Shown here piece after piece: positions 34,624 to 35,431 of a stretch of 35,431 bases of DNA. The stretch is taken from the IMG/VR virus record IMGVR_UViG_3300018065_000012; one strand, written 5' to 3'. Positions within the stretch are counted from its first letter, which is position 1, and each line of letters opens with the position of its first letter. The stretch comes from a virus. Lineage: Duplodnaviria; Heunggongvirae; Uroviricota; Caudoviricetes. The notes beneath the pieces were generated by a model that saw only the letters and a list, made by a program, of their open reading frames with translations, was not told the DNA's origin and searched no databases. A program made the position numbers and the translations under genes.

Positions 34624-35409
34624 ATGGCAGTAGAAGTCAAAAAACTGGGGTTTTCTGGCGCTGGAGTCGTTGATAACGTTCAAGTACTCATCACTGCCGG
34701 AACCTTGACAAAAGAGCGTAATATCCCTTATACAACGCCATTGTCGCTTCCCAAGCCAACAGGAATTACAGGTTCAGTTTCCAGAACCAAAGTCAGGTAT
34801 GCTGATGGAACGTATATTGTCAATGGGAGTATTTCGTTTGACTTGAGCGCTTCTTCTGTGTCCCTGATGACTAAAAACAGGATGCTAAAGCGTGGATATC
34901 AATTCCCTGTAAGGGTTTATGATGGCGAACAGGGCTATCAATGTTCGTGGTGTTACGTGACTTCAATTTCTTTGACGGGGAGCGTTGGTGGTTTGATCAC
35001 GGCTTCTGTGAGCTTTGTTTCAAGAGGTGATTGGATTGAAGTGACTGGCGCTGGAAGTTTCATTGGATCGGAGGAGCCGCTGGGTTATTGGGCTTCAGGG
35101 AATAGCAATGTCCGCGATTGGACGTTTAACTATAATCAACCTGCTGATCCTATTTATTTGAACGGCGATGAACTTTGGCCGCGTTACATCAAGGTCGGAT
35201 TGATCGACTACACACTTGACGTGACAACCTACGATGAAGTGTTGGCTCATAATACACTGCTGATTTATTCAGCGTCTTTTTCGTTAACAGGAAATTCAAG
35301 GACAAGGTCTTACAACTTTAATGGGACAACGGATTTGGGAACGTTCACTCACTCTTTTGAATCTTCCGGTCAACCCGGCGACGGGTCGGATGCGGTCATT
35401 ATTAACTAA
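34624..35409 (+). CDS. Hypothetical structural protein (261 aa).
   Basis: A GAGGG RBS is present. The next gene starts at 35421 and is cut by the window end. Confidence 0.5.
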   Translation: MAVEVKKLGFSGAGVVDNVQVLITAGTLTKERNIPYTTPLSLPKPTGITGSVSRTKVRYADGTYIVNGSISFDLSASSVSLMTKNRMLKRGYQFPVRVYDGEQGYQCSWCYVTSISLTGSVGGLITASVSFVSRGDWIEVTGAGSFIGSEEPLGYWASGNSNVRDWTFNYNQPADPIYLNGDELWPRYIKVGLIDYTLDVTTYDEVLAHNTLLIYSASFSLTGNSRTRSYNFNGTTDLGTFTHSFESSGQPGDGSDAVIIN

Positions 35410-35431
35410 GGAGAATTACGATGGCAGAAGA

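Noticed and set aside
1-35431. CRISPR arrays, rRNA and canonical tRNA genes.
   Set aside because: No regularly spaced direct repeats were seen. No cloverleaf-type sequences other than the tRNA-like domain of the tmRNA.

Overview
The window is most consistent with a large bacteriophage (or phage-like element), about 43% GC, that carries unusual RNA-biology genes.

Why it looks like phage:
- Every convincing gene is on the + strand, tightly packed, often with ATGA/ATG-TGA start-stop overlaps. All minus-strand ORFs lie antisense inside these genes.
- There are virion-type modules: a 1065-aa fibre with three LamG-like domains plus a coiled-coil tandem repeat, several large unannotatable structural-looking proteins, and a chaperone-like overlapping gene pair.
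- A TTGTATAAT extended -10 promoter motif recurs five times, and there are at least four clean rho-independent terminators.

Notable content from left to right:
- Three tandem paralogous genes at the left edge.
- A self-contained promoter-to-end operon with a 1002-aa protein built from four GT2 glycosyltransferase domains, a radical-SAM/SPASM enzyme, and a GT-B/CgeB-like protein.
- A full-length tmRNA (ssrA) with the G3.U70 identity pair, its own phage-type promoter and a terminator.
- A DUF1508/YegP-like small protein.
- A ~450-bp structured non-coding region.
- Two unknown proteins.
- A Ro60/Rsr-type protein (TROVE domain plus vWA domain with a DxSxS MIDAS motif) followed by a terminator.
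- A zinc ribbon, a nucleoside 2-deoxyribosyltransferase-like protein and a GIY-YIG protein.
- Further right: an HNH endonuclease, an LD-carboxypeptidase (S66), a type IB topoisomerase and a REC-like protein.
- A short amphipathic peptide motif (VAAELVKIAKxL) recurs at the N- or C-terminus of at least six otherwise unrelated small proteins.

I found no CRISPR array, integrase, rRNA or canonical tRNA. The candidate novel system is the co-localised tmRNA, possible structured RNA and Ro60 module. The GT2x4/rSAM/GT-B operon and the shared ELVKIAK terminal peptide are the other leads.
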